The notes beneath the pieces are model-generated. The model was not told where the DNA came from and did no database searches. It saw only the letters and a program-made list of their open reading frames with translations. From Obrimoposthia wandeli (Eukaryota): a DNA stretch of 64,000 bases. Each line of letters starts with the position of its first letter. Position 1 is the first letter of the stretch. Shown piece after piece: positions 11,169-22,831 of the stretch. The stretch covers positions 1 to 64,000 of the forward strand of contig CDROCS010002735.1 in NCBI GenBank assembly GCA_977020255.1, given 5' to 3'. A program made the position numbers and the translations under genes.

Positions 11169-12062
11169 ATGAGTGATGATTACAGACTACGAGTGTTTTT
11201 AGCGGTAGCAAATGCAGGTTCGTTAACCAGAGCTTCTCAGACATTAGAGATAAGCCAACCTGCTGTTAGTAAACATCTCAAATTGCTGGAGCTTTGTATC
11301 GGTCGGCGCTTGTTTCGTCGCCATGGGCGTGGTGTTTCTATGTCTAGTTGCGGTAAGGAGTTGTACGAGTCGATCTCTCCTATTTTTAACCAGCTTGATT
11401 GTGTGATGAGCTTGATGAAAAATGATCATAGCCAGATAACGGGTCATTTTAAAATAGCCACAGTACACACTTTGAACAGCTATTTCGTGGCCCCAGTTAT
11501 TCGAGATGTTTTTGAGCGTTTCCCCGATTTAAAATTACAAATTTTTGAGCGTAGTTCAATGGATGTCTCGCAGCTGATCGAGAGAAAACAAGCTGATATT
11601 GGGTTGGCATATGACACGATGGTTGCAGGAGAAAACCTATCTGTATATCCCTTACACTTAGAACATATGCAACTATATTTTAATCCTCTTTTGACAGTAC
11701 ACTGTAATCAAGATCAAAGCGTTGTCGTTGATGAAGGGTTACCGATGGTGGGTATGCCTAGCGGCTACGCTTTACATCAAATGCTCAATTTAAAATTTTC
11801 AAAGAAGCTCAATCATATAATACAAGTTGAGACAGTTGATTTGATGCTTGAATTAGTGAGAACAGGGATAGCAGCCTGTATTTTACCCGCTAACTTGCCT
11901 AAAAGAATTATAGAGGAAAGCGGGTTGTTAAGATGTGACATTGCCAAGACAAGCTTACACAGAAAAGTGGTGTTAATTATCCATAATGACAATACTCAAT
12001 TAGCCGCGATTAAATATTTAGTCAATCAGTTCAGCCGGCAAGCAGATAACTACAAAGCATAA
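11169..12062 (+). CDS. LysR-family transcriptional regulator
   Basis: LRVFLAVANAGSLTRASQTLEISQPAVSKHLKLLE..LF.R HTH plus substrate-binding domain. Likely start ATG 11169. Confidence 0.9.
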   Translation: MSDDYRLRVFLAVANAGSLTRASQTLEISQPAVSKHLKLLELCIGRRLFRRHGRGVSMSSCGKELYESISPIFNQLDCVMSLMKNDHSQITGHFKIATVHTLNSYFVAPVIRDVFERFPDLKLQIFERSSMDVSQLIERKQADIGLAYDTMVAGENLSVYPLHLEHMQLYFNPLLTVHCNQDQSVVVDEGLPMVGMPSGYALHQMLNLKFSKKLNHIIQVETVDLMLELVRTGIAACILPANLPKRIIEESGLLRCDIAKTSLHRKVVLIIHNDNTQLAAIKYLVNQFSRQADNYKA

Positions 12063-12214
12063 CCAATAGTTATATCTACTATATCTATAATCATCTATCA
12101 CGGCTTCTAACTTCGTTCCATAATCCTAGTGCACTAAAAATAAGTGACACGTCACTGTTAGTGGTGACGGTTAATAAAGAGTGTAATGAGCCGAATAATA
12201 AAGAGGTAGTGATA

Positions 12215-12982
12215 ATGAATCGTGATAAAAGTTATTTTGATAAGCGCAGTACGCAAGAGATGGCCGTACATTTAGGCAAAAGAGAACTAACGGTGACGCA
12301 ACAATTAGCAGTCACTGCACGTATGCTTTCTTTAGATGGACACGAAGCAGGCCTAGCGGGACAGATAACAGCTAGAGCAGAAGTAGAAGATACCTATTGG
12401 ACGTTGCGCTTTGGCGTTGGCTTTGATGAAGCCAGAGCAGAAGATTTTATAAAAATAGACAATGATTTAAACACGATTGAAGGGGAGGGAATGGCGAACC
12501 CTGCCACGCGCTTCCACACTTGGGTATATCGCAACCGCCAAGACATTTCATCAATAGTGCATACGCACCCTCCGTTTATATCTGCAATGTCAATGCTGGA
12601 AGAACCTTTAGTGATTGCACATATGGATCAAACCCCTTTTTATAATGATTGTGCTTTCCTCAAGGAGTGGCCAGGTGTACCTATAGCTGACGACGAAGGT
12701 CGTCTTATTACTGAGGCATTGGCAGGTAAGCATGCTATTATTTTAGCGCATCACGGTTATTTAGTGGCAGGTAAAACGGTGTCAGAATCTTGCTACTTAG
12801 CCGTCTATTTGGAACGTGCAGCGCGCATGCAATTACGCGCAGCTGCAGTCGGTAAAATAAAATCGGTTCCCGACGATTTAGCCGAAGAAGCGGGGAGATA
12901 TTTACGTAAACAATCAATAATGGATGCGACTTTTGATTATTTTACAAGGCAAACCGAAAGAGTTTACGGTACGTATTTGTAG
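12215..12982 (+). CDS. Class II aldolase/adducin-domain protein
   Basis: AGQITAR, metal ligands HTWVY..VHTHPP..LAHHG. SD GAGG precedes ATG 12215. Confidence 0.88.
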   Translation: MNRDKSYFDKRSTQEMAVHLGKRELTVTQQLAVTARMLSLDGHEAGLAGQITARAEVEDTYWTLRFGVGFDEARAEDFIKIDNDLNTIEGEGMANPATRFHTWVYRNRQDISSIVHTHPPFISAMSMLEEPLVIAHMDQTPFYNDCAFLKEWPGVPIADDEGRLITEALAGKHAIILAHHGYLVAGKTVSESCYLAVYLERAARMQLRAAAVGKIKSVPDDLAEEAGRYLRKQSIMDATFDYFTRQTERVYGTYL

Positions 12983-13069
12983 TGGTAGGAGCATTACTTA
13001 ACTAAGTTGTTAAAACGCTCGAATAGCGTAGCCGAATAAATAGCTACGCTAATCAAAGTTAACGATTTA

Positions 13070-13549
13070 CTATGCTTCGAACTCTTCCATTAACACCTTA
13101 AGAGAAAGCTCTTCTTGACTGGTTGTGCCGCGTAGCGGTTTTCTAGGTTGCCCCGCTGCAATACCGCTTAATGCCAAGCCTGCTTTAATTGCTTTGGGTA
13201 TACCACCTGCAACAATAAAACGTAACATCGGTAATTGACGGTAAAAACTTTTTTGTGCTGACTTTAAGTCTCCTTTAGCAACGCTTTCAAATAATGCTTT
13301 AGGTTCGCGTCCCAGCAAGTTAGGTGCTGCTGTGCACCAGCCACTTGCGCCAGCACATAAAGCCTCTAGTGCCAGTGGATTGCTGCCATTGAAAAACGGT
13401 AATTGACCAGCACTTAGTTCAAATATTTTATGCATACGTTGAATGTCACCGGTGCTTTCTTTAATCATGGTCACGTTTTCAATTTCATTATACATTTTGA
13501 CTAACAATTCAGGCGACATGTCGATGCCACTAGTGGCTGGATTATTGTA
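13070..13549 (-). pseudogene. DapA-like (dihydrodipicolinate synthase family) gene, 5' part deleted
   Basis: The frame extends upstream of the listed ORF to YNNPATSGIDMSPELL, then IKESTGD (Schiff-base Lys). Nothing N-terminal of the YNNP motif is present. Confidence 0.8.
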
Positions 13550-14016
13550 TTCACATAGGTTCTATGTCCAAAGTATTTGCTCCCGGTTTAAGGCTTGGAT
13601 ACATGGTGGCAAATGCCAGTTTTATTGAAAAGGCAGCTCAGGAAATAGTATTGATCGATCGCCAAGGGAATACCGTCACAGAACTGGCTGTTTCTGATTT
13701 AATGTAATCAGGTGAAGTGAAGCGGCATATCCGTAAAGTAAGGAAACAATACCAATCTCGTCGTGACTTTACTGCTCAAGAATTTAGAAGAATATATAAT
13801 AGCGAAGTATCTTTTGAGGTACCTGCTGGTGGTTTAGCTCTATGGGTGAATGTAACTAAACTAAAAGATGTGAAAAGTTTCAAAGGTCATAATAACATTG
13901 ACGAAAACTTGTGCGTCTATTATAGCGGTGAAAATTGCAATGGCGTCTTTATTAGATTTGGTTTTGGTGCGTTAACGCAAAGTGAAATTACAGCGTCTAT
14001 AAAGGCGTTAGTTTAG
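13549..14016 (+). pseudogene. MocR/GabR-type PLP aminotransferase-domain regulator, C-terminal remnant
   Basis: Translation from 13549 gives IHIGSMSKVFAPGLRLGY (PLP-Lys motif), an in-frame TAA at 13705-13707, then RHIRK..PAGGLALWV..RFGFGAL. Confidence 0.8.
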
Positions 14017-14641
14017 GCTTTGCTGCCAGTAGCCAAGTGAATTGAATTTATTTAGCTAAGTTTTTTATTAAGAACCCAGTGCTCAGTAGTTAATCAACTG
14101 GATATACCTCGTCACCACTTACCTGCTTTTAATCGCCAAAAGAATAGACATAAACCTAACATTGAATAGGTTGGTGAAGAGAGCCGTTATGCTTTTTTCC
14201 TGGGGTTAAAATTTAATGAGTCATTTTATATTTATTAACTAACCTTTGCAGCTTTCCATTTTTAGCTATTTTCCTGATATCTGTGTCGAACATATTATCC
14301 AGCAAGAATTACGCTTATAAAATTCAAATAGAGCCGGTTCGATATAACCCAACCGTATATTTCCATTGCGGAAACAGTGAATGTTAGTTGTTAAAAAGGG
14401 TATTTAAACACTTCTTTTGACGTGCTATTGGGCTCCTTTTCGTTCGGTTAATCTAACATACAGCACATATTCGAATAATTAGGAAAAAAATAGATCACCT
14501 TCTTTCTGTAGTCATAATAAGAGCTCAAGAGAGGATGTTTGTTTCGACTACTTATAGAAATATTACTTCTTTACCGTAAACTGCGCTATTTTCGAGCAGT
14601 TTATTTATAGAGTTGGAAAACCTTGCTCAATAGAGTTTAAT

Positions 14642-14655
14642 TGTAAGCGCTTTCA
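14642..14655. promoter_or_regulatory. Putative HpsR (LacI-type) operator upstream of the slcD-like gene
   Basis: TGTAAGCGCTTTCA, one mismatch from the perfect site at 17323. Confidence 0.7.
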
Positions 14656-14927
14656 TAATGCTGTATATCTAGGCATCTTTATTGTGGCGGTTTCATCACT
14701 GAAGCACTAATTTTGAGTAAAAATTCAGTTTTCGGACGCTAACCCGTTCTATCCAGAGAAGGTGCTGTAGCGAGAGCAACTCAATGGTTCTAGATGCGGG
14801 CAAATAAATAGGGGCGTTTGGTTATTCCAAATAACACTATCTAATGGTGTGTAGATTGATCCAATGAAACGTTTGAGGCGGTATTTTTTCAGGATGGAAA
14901 CTAACTATTTACCTTAGGAAGACGTAA

Positions 14928-16073
14928 ATGTCAGCATCTCTAATTAGTCGGGCGGCCTGTATTGAAGATTTGAAAAATCTAACTCAAAAACGCATCCCAC
15001 AGTTTGCCTTTGACTATCTCGCGGGTGGATGCAATGCGGAAAATACTTTGCGCAAAAACCGCGCGGCGCTGGATCAAGTAGAGCTGCAACCTCGTTATCT
15101 TGCTACATCGGCAGGAGCGAGTTTAGACACAGTGATTTTAGGTCACAAATACGCTGCACCTTTTGGTGTAGCACCCTTGGGGTTGAGTGGGCTTATTTGG
15201 CCCAAGGCTTCTGAGTATCAGGCCAGTGCTGCGCGCGATGCAAATATACCTTATATTCTAAGTACATTGGCGAGCACCTCAATTGAACGTGCAGCGCAGT
15301 GCGCTGGTGACAATTTTTGGTTCCAGCTCTATCCACCATCAGACTTAGCTATCCGGGCAGATCTGATGCGTCGAGCAGAGGCTGTTGGCTGCCGACATTT
15401 GGTGGTGACCATCGATGTCCCAGCGGCGGGCCGTAGACCAAAAGATATTCGAAACGGGCTCTCTGTCCCGCCAAAAATTAGCGCCACCAGTATCCTACAG
15501 ACTATGGCCCGACCTTCGTGGGCTATGGCAACGGCTTTGCAGGGGATTCCTCAATTTGCATCTATGATGCCCTATATGAAGAACATCACCAATCTAAAGG
15601 ATGTGGCCAATTATATTCGCACTACTTTGAAAGATGTAGTAGATTTTCCCATGCTGCAGCAGCTGCGCCAGCAATGGTCAGGAAAACTAATTGTAAAAGG
15701 TATTTTGAGCGTGGCGGATGCCGAGTTGGCTTTGGCTGCGGGGGCGGACGCAATTATTGTTTCTAATCATGGTGGCAGACAATTAGATGCCGCGCGCTCC
15801 TCGGTTAGTGCACTGCAAGAAATCAGCGAGGTACTGGGAGATCGCATAGTGGTAATGGCCGATAGCGGAGTGGAATCAGGGCCCGACATAGCGCGATTTT
15901 TGGCGCAGGGGGCACAGATGGTTTTTGCAGGACGTGCCTTTATGTATGGGGTAGGCGCGATGGGTGAGGGTGGTGCGGCCCATAGTATCGAAATATTGCG
16001 TTTAGAGCTGCTACAAGTTATGGAGCAGTTGCGCTGTGAAACTCCGCAGCAATTACCCAAATTTCTATTGTAA
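14928..16073 (+). CDS. slcD: FMN-dependent alpha-hydroxy-acid dehydrogenase; probable sulfolactate dehydrogenase (SlcD-like)
   Basis: WFQLY, TIDVP, KLIVKGI, SNHGGRQLD, DSG..G.DI, GR motifs. The specific function is inferred from the hps context and the shared operator. Confidence 0.65.
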   Translation: MSASLISRAACIEDLKNLTQKRIPQFAFDYLAGGCNAENTLRKNRAALDQVELQPRYLATSAGASLDTVILGHKYAAPFGVAPLGLSGLIWPKASEYQASAARDANIPYILSTLASTSIERAAQCAGDNFWFQLYPPSDLAIRADLMRRAEAVGCRHLVVTIDVPAAGRRPKDIRNGLSVPPKISATSILQTMARPSWAMATALQGIPQFASMMPYMKNITNLKDVANYIRTTLKDVVDFPMLQQLRQQWSGKLIVKGILSVADAELALAAGADAIIVSNHGGRQLDAARSSVSALQEISEVLGDRIVVMADSGVESGPDIARFLAQGAQMVFAGRAFMYGVGAMGEGGAAHSIEILRLELLQVMEQLRCETPQQLPKFLL

Positions 16074-16175
16074 AGGCTTGCTTACCCTCATCGACATCCT
16101 AGCGCTGTGTTTCTCAACACCATTACAGCCAGTGCAGTGGTTATGATTCGCAGTGATATTTAAATCAGTAGTGCA

Positions 16176-17222
16176 TTAATGCTCATTAGGGCTAAGAGAG
16201 ATCCTAGCGGGTGCTATGCCCGTGGTCTCGCGTATCCTAATATCAGCGGGTAGTTGCATATGTGAAATAGCGCGGCTGTTGTTTTCAATACAGTTTAAAA
16301 GGTAAGTTGCAGCAAGTGCTCCCATGCGCCTCGCGGGCACATTAATGGTTGTTAGGCTAGGGGATAGTACAGCGGTAATTTCTAAGTTATCAAAGCCAGT
16401 AATCGACAGTGCTTGCGGTACAGTTATACCTAGTTGACGCGCAGCTGAGAGGGCGCCCAATGCGAGAATATCGTTGCCACAGACCACGGCGCTAAATGGC
16501 TGTCCCGCAGCGACTAGGTCAGAGAGAGCATTGCTTGCCTCTGTTGAGCTGTAACGGCACTCGCGAATTAACTCTGATTTGAGATGAATACCTTTTTCCT
16601 GCAGAGACTCCTGTACCCCTCGCAAACGCTCCCTCGCTCTATCGTTATCCGCCTGTATCCCCGTTATCATGGCTATTTGGGTATGTCCCATGGCTATTAA
16701 GTGCTCACCAATTTTTCGCCCCGCAGCATAGTTGTCAAAACCAATGCAGCTGTGCATGGACTGGCTGTTGTAGGTCCACAAATTGACAAAGGGAATCCGA
16801 TGGAGGTTGAGCATTTGATAAACTTCGGGCCGATGATCTTCACCTATCAGCACCATGCCGTCGATCCCGCGCGTTATCAAACTCTTGACTTCGTGCAACT
16901 CCTCATCGAGGGAATAATTACTACTGGCAATCAGTAAAGTGTAGTTGGCCTCTGAAAGCCCACGCTGTAGGTAGTGAATGCCATTGGCAAAAATGCCGTT
17001 ATCTATGGTAGGCACAATAGCACCTATAGTATGTGTTCGGCTGGAGGCAAGGGCTCGAGCTGCACCGTGCGGGGCATAACCGAGATCTTCTATCGCTGCG
17101 TTAATGCGTTCGCGCAATTTTAGTTTGACTTGTTCCGGATGATTGATACATCGCGAAACTGTAGCGGTAGATACTCCCGCGGCAGTCGCAACGTCTTGCA
17201 ATCTCGGTTTTGGCTGGTGCAT
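16176..17222 (-). CDS. hpsR: LacI-family repressor of the DHPS cluster
   Basis: LQDVATAAGVSTATVSR HTH, sugar-binding fold, divergent from the TRAP operon. Confidence 0.85.
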   Translation of the reverse strand: MHQPKPRLQDVATAAGVSTATVSRCINHPEQVKLKLRERINAAIEDLGYAPHGAARALASSRTHTIGAIVPTIDNGIFANGIHYLQRGLSEANYTLLIASSNYSLDEELHEVKSLITRGIDGMVLIGEDHRPEVYQMLNLHRIPFVNLWTYNSQSMHSCIGFDNYAAGRKIGEHLIAMGHTQIAMITGIQADNDRARERLRGVQESLQEKGIHLKSELIRECRYSSTEASNALSDLVAAGQPFSAVVCGNDILALGALSAARQLGITVPQALSITGFDNLEITAVLSPSLTTINVPARRMGALAATYLLNCIENNSRAISHMQLPADIRIRETTGIAPARISLSPNEH

Positions 17223-17290
17223 ACCGCTTCCTCATCAATGAATACTAGGGCGCCATTTTACAGGTCGCTAGAAATATTCCTAGATACTTG

Positions 17291-17336
17291 TTGACAGTAT
17301 TACAGTAAAACTATAATTTAAATGTAAGCGCTTACA
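17291..17336 (+). promoter_or_regulatory. Sigma70 promoter with a perfect LacI-type operator
   Basis: TTGACA 17291-17296 and TATAAT 17312-17317 (15-bp spacer, short); palindrome TGTAAGCGCTTACA at 17323..17336. Confidence 0.8.
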
Positions 17337-17372
17337 AAAAAACTTACAAAAACCATCTTCGGAGAATACTTA

Positions 17373-17597
17373 ATGCTTGCCGAAATGCTAAAGCAGCACG
17401 CTTATCGAATTGCCATAGCACTGTTTGTGATTTTTTTAGTCAACGTGCTCGTAGGTAAAATTTCAATGGAATTACTAGATTATCAACTACCTCTGGGATT
17501 TGACGGGGTTGTAGAGTTTTTAGTTATGTGTGCCGCATGCATCTTTTTTGTTATCGGAATTCTTCGAAGTGAAAACCTGACCAAAAAAAATAATTAA
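17373..17597 (+). CDS. Small two-helix membrane protein heading the hps operon
   Basis: 74 aa, two hydrophobic segments, SD GGAG upstream, 22 bp before hpsK. Confidence 0.65.
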   Translation: MLAEMLKQHAYRIAIALFVIFLVNVLVGKISMELLDYQLPLGFDGVVEFLVMCAACIFFVIGILRSENLTKKNN

Positions 17598-17619
17598 ATA
17601 AATCTATCAGGAGCAATTC

Positions 17620-18765
17620 ATGAGTAAATTAAATACCCCCCTCAATCCAGAACGTCGCCGATTTATGTCACTGACCAGCAAGTTTGGTTTTACCGCTGCG
17701 ACGCTGGCGGCAGCATCCGGTGTGATGATGTCTGATCAAGCGGTGGCTGCAATATCTAAAGAAGAGAAAGAGCGTGAATCTAAGGCCAAGCATAAAATGG
17801 TGATTGCCACTGCTTATGTGTTAGGCGCATCGCGTAGTTATCCTATTATGCAGTTAGATTTCAAAGAGAACATCCAAAATCTGACCAACCGTGAGGTGTA
17901 TGTCAAACTTGCGCCTGGTGGGCAGCTGGGAGCAGGTGGAGCACTAGCGCAGAAAGTACAGCAGGGTACCATTCAAGCAGCGCAACATTCACTGTCAAAC
18001 TTTGCCGCCTTTGCCCCAGTTGTCGATATGATCAACATTCCTTATTGGTGTGGTGAAAACCAACAATTCACTAACTTAGTGAACTCAGATGCATGGCGTA
18101 ATCAGGTCAACCCGAAGGTTGAAGAAAAAGGCTTTATGCCTCTTTGGTATGTCAATATAGACCCTCGCGTCGTCGCTCTACGTCGCGGCATGGAAGGGCC
18201 AATTAAAACGCCTGATCAGATGGAAGGCATCAAATTCCGCGTACCGGGTTCTAAAATACTGCAACAGTTCTATCGTTTGTTGGGCGCGAACCCTACACCC
18301 GTCGCTTGGGGCGAGACTCCATCTGCCATCAAACAAGGCGTGGCAGATGCATTGGATCCTTCAGTTGAAGCGCTGAACGTATTTGGTTTCAAAGATGTAC
18401 TTTCCCATGTGACCTTTATTCGTTCTGTGCCAGATGCGCAAGTCTACTCTTGCAACTTGGAATGGTTCAGATCGCTACCGAGCAAAGTGCAAGATGGTAT
18501 CAAGTTCGCGGCAGAGGTAACGGCGCAGCAAAATTTAGCTAAAGTACCAGCGGCACGTGGCTATGCAATGGCTGAGTTGGCAGAAGCGGGTGTTAAATTC
18601 TATTCTCCGACAGGGGAAGAACTGCAACAATGGAAAGATACCGCAGGGCATCAGTTACCGGTTTGGGACAAGACTAAGATTGAACTGGCAGGTTCTTTGG
18701 ATGTCTTTAACACTTTACTTGAAGCGGCTAATACTCAAGGGCAACATTTCGTGCACGATATCTGA
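17620..18765 (+). CDS. hpsK: TRAP substrate-binding protein (DctP family), Tat-exported; DHPS-binding
   Basis: ERRRFM Tat motif, GIKFRVPGS, LGANPTPVAWGETPSAIKQGVADA. Confidence 0.85.
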   Translation: MSKLNTPLNPERRRFMSLTSKFGFTAATLAAASGVMMSDQAVAAISKEEKERESKAKHKMVIATAYVLGASRSYPIMQLDFKENIQNLTNREVYVKLAPGGQLGAGGALAQKVQQGTIQAAQHSLSNFAAFAPVVDMINIPYWCGENQQFTNLVNSDAWRNQVNPKVEEKGFMPLWYVNIDPRVVALRRGMEGPIKTPDQMEGIKFRVPGSKILQQFYRLLGANPTPVAWGETPSAIKQGVADALDPSVEALNVFGFKDVLSHVTFIRSVPDAQVYSCNLEWFRSLPSKVQDGIKFAAEVTAQQNLAKVPAARGYAMAELAEAGVKFYSPTGEELQQWKDTAGHQLPVWDKTKIELAGSLDVFNTLLEAANTQGQHFVHDI

Positions 18766-18848
18766 TTTGATCTTAAGTTGTGCCGCGCAGTTAATCTGTG
18801 CTGGCACAGCATTCGTTCAACGATTGATCAATATCAGAGGCTTATATT

Positions 18849-19376
18849 TTGAATATAAACAAAAAATCATTCTGGAAAAACCTAGATGACAATGCAGAAC
18901 GCTGGATGCTACTGGTGTTTTATGTGGTGATTGTACTGACCATAGGGGTCGAAGTGGTGCGCCGCTTTGCGCTGTCTTACTCCTCAATCTGGGGAGAGGA
19001 AGTTGCCCGTTATGCATTTATTTACCTCGCCTGGATAGGTGCTGCTTCAGCAATCAAAGATCGCGCTCATATCCGTATCGATGTGATTCTCAATTTCCTG
19101 TCGCGTACAGGTCAGTTACTCATTTATATATTCGGCGATCTAGTGATGTTGATCATCTCTATGCTGGCCTTTTATTACTCCATGGAAACGCTTTTGACTT
19201 CAATTAAATTTGGTTCAGTAACTCACGGCTTGGGTATCAGTCAAGCTTGGTTTCTCGCCGCTGTACCCCTGGGGTTCTCATTGATGTTATTTCGCCTACT
19301 GCAATCTTTAATGCGCGATATTAGGGCGCTAACAAACGATAAGCCAATCTACACCGGACATCGTCTGTTCGATTAA
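18849..19376 (+). CDS. hpsL: TRAP small permease (DctQ)
   Basis: VVRRF..WGEEVARYAFIYLAWIGAA..AHIRID; four TM segments; TTG start after AGAGG. Confidence 0.85.
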   Translation: MNINKKSFWKNLDDNAERWMLLVFYVVIVLTIGVEVVRRFALSYSSIWGEEVARYAFIYLAWIGAASAIKDRAHIRIDVILNFLSRTGQLLIYIFGDLVMLIISMLAFYYSMETLLTSIKFGSVTHGLGISQAWFLAAVPLGFSLMLFRLLQSLMRDIRALTNDKPIYTGHRLFD

Positions 19377-19391
19377 ACGGGAAAATTTCAC

Positions 19392-20714
19392 ATGTATAAC
19401 TATTTAAATGCTGAAGTCAGCTTGGACTGGGGATGGGAGCTCGGTGGCCCCTTGCTGATAGGGGTCATTATGTTTGGCCTTGGGGTACCTGTCTGGGCGG
19501 TGTTAGGTGTTATCGCGGTACTGATTTTAGAGTTCAGTGGCGCACTGCCGTTGTCGCTCTTAGGCGAAGCGCTGTTTGACGGAATAGATGCTTTTGCATT
19601 GATCGCCATTCCGCTATTTATTTTGACCGGTGACGTATTAGTGCGTACCGGTCTCTCACGTAAATTATTGGATATCGCCGAGGCACTGACCGGGGGTGCA
19701 AAATCTGGCTTCGGTACTGCCACAGTACTAGTCTGCGGTTTCTTTGCCTGTATATCAGGATCAGATGCGGCGGGTGCGGCGGGTGTTGGGCGCATGACAA
19801 TCGATAGATTGGTGGAGCAGGGGTATCCCAAGCCTTACGCTTGTGCGCTTGTGGCCGCTGGTGCTTGTACTGGCATTCTTATTCCGCCTTCAATCGCCTA
19901 CATCATCATTGGCTTAGTGTTGGGGATATCCGCCTCGACGTTGTTCTTGGCGGCATTAGTCCCTGGGCTGTTAGTGATGGGTGTCATTATGTTGTGCAAC
20001 GTGATGCTGAATTTAAGATACGGCTATGAAAATGCCGGAGGCGGCTTTTCGCTAAAGCGTATCGCGAATTCAATTTACGTGGGCCGCTACGCATTAATTG
20101 TACCGGTGATTATTTTAGGCGGGATTTACAGCGGTGTTTTTACGCCGACAGAAGCGGCTGCCGTGGCGGTCATTACCACTATTATTATCGGTTTGTTGCA
20201 GAACACGATTCGCCTGTCGGATTTTCCGGCAATGCTCGCCAGCTCAGCCAAAGTGAATGGTGTGATCTTACCTATCATCGCCTTTTCGCTGCCATTAGCG
20301 CAGGCGCTTGCGGCACTTGAAGTGCCGCAAGGGTTTGTTTACATGGTAACAGATATCACCGATAACCCGACCATGATCACATTATTGATGATTGGCATTC
20401 TGATATTGGCAGGTTGTGTGATGGAGACGACTCCAAATATCGTTATCTTGGCGCCTATTATGCTACCGCTGGCACAGGAAATTGGCATGGCCGATATTCA
20501 GTTTTGCATCATGATGATTACCGCGTTGGGTGTCGGTTTTATTACTCCACCATTAGGGCTCAACCTATTTGTGGTTTCCGGTCTCACCGGTACTTCAATA
20601 CTAGGTATAGCACGCAATGCGGTGCCTTTTGTACTGGCAATGCTAAGCGTAGTACTGCTATTAGCATTTATTCCAGAACTTTCACTCTGGGCACTGCCCA
20701 GTCACACCTACTGA
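19392..20714 (+). CDS. hpsM: TRAP large permease (DctM)
   Basis: LIAIPLFILTG, ISGSDAA, GILIPPS, GVFTPTEAA, ITPPLGLNLFV. Confidence 0.88.
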   Translation: MYNYLNAEVSLDWGWELGGPLLIGVIMFGLGVPVWAVLGVIAVLILEFSGALPLSLLGEALFDGIDAFALIAIPLFILTGDVLVRTGLSRKLLDIAEALTGGAKSGFGTATVLVCGFFACISGSDAAGAAGVGRMTIDRLVEQGYPKPYACALVAAGACTGILIPPSIAYIIIGLVLGISASTLFLAALVPGLLVMGVIMLCNVMLNLRYGYENAGGGFSLKRIANSIYVGRYALIVPVIILGGIYSGVFTPTEAAAVAVITTIIIGLLQNTIRLSDFPAMLASSAKVNGVILPIIAFSLPLAQALAALEVPQGFVYMVTDITDNPTMITLLMIGILILAGCVMETTPNIVILAPIMLPLAQEIGMADIQFCIMMITALGVGFITPPLGLNLFVVSGLTGTSILGIARNAVPFVLAMLSVVLLLAFIPELSLWALPSHTY

Positions 20715-22066
<1,352 letters not shown>

Positions 22067-22067
<1 letters not shown>

Positions 22068-22825
22068 TGAAACTTTTTAATTTAGGTGGAAAAGTAGCCT
22101 TGATAACCGGCGCTTCTTCGGGAATTGGCGCGCAGCAGGCGAGGGCACTAAGTGGTGCAGGTGCTAATGTGGTATTGCTGGGTAGGCGCCGCGAGCGGCT
22201 GGATGAACTAGCAATAGAGATACGTGCCAGCGGCGGCCAAGCTGCCATAGTTGACGCAGATTTAACCAATATTGAACAGTTGGACGACATCGTCAGCCGC
22301 TGTTTAGAGCCCTGGCAGCAAATTGATATTGTGTGTAATACCGCCGGTGTTAATTTGCGACAGCACGCAGATAAAGTGACGTTGCAGAGCTGGGATCAAA
22401 CCTTAGATTTGAACCTGAAAATACCGTTTTTTCTGGCGCAGAAACTAGTACCCGCAATGGCGGAAAGAGGCTGGGGCAAAATTATTAATGTGGCATCCCT
22501 GCAATCAGAGCGGGCTTTCGCCAATGGCATAGCCTACGGTGCTTCTAAAGGGGGAATAATGCAGTTGACCCGAGCGATGGCCGAAGCCTGGTCATCTCGC
22601 GGAATTTGCTGTAATGCGATAGCGCCGGGTTTTTTCCCCACAGAATTAACCCAAGCAGTATTCGATCAAGATCAGTTGGCGCAAAAATTGGCGGATCAAA
22701 CCGCCATTGGACGCAACGGCAGCTTAGCGGATTTAGACGGCGTTTGTATCTTCTTGGCGAGCCATAGCTCTGATTATATTACCGGCCAAACTATCTATAT
22801 TGACGGCGGTTTCACCGCAAAGTGA
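22067..22825 (+). CDS. hpsO: Short-chain dehydrogenase, DHPS 2-dehydrogenase
   Basis: TGASSGIG, YGASK, NAIAPGFFPT; coupled to the hpsN stop. Confidence 0.8.
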
Positions 22826-22831
22826 GAACAT

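Noticed and set aside
14928-16073. Ordinary L-lactate dehydrogenase lldD
   Set aside because: There is no lactate permease or lldR nearby, and an HpsR-type operator lies upstream. It cannot be fully excluded without an assay.
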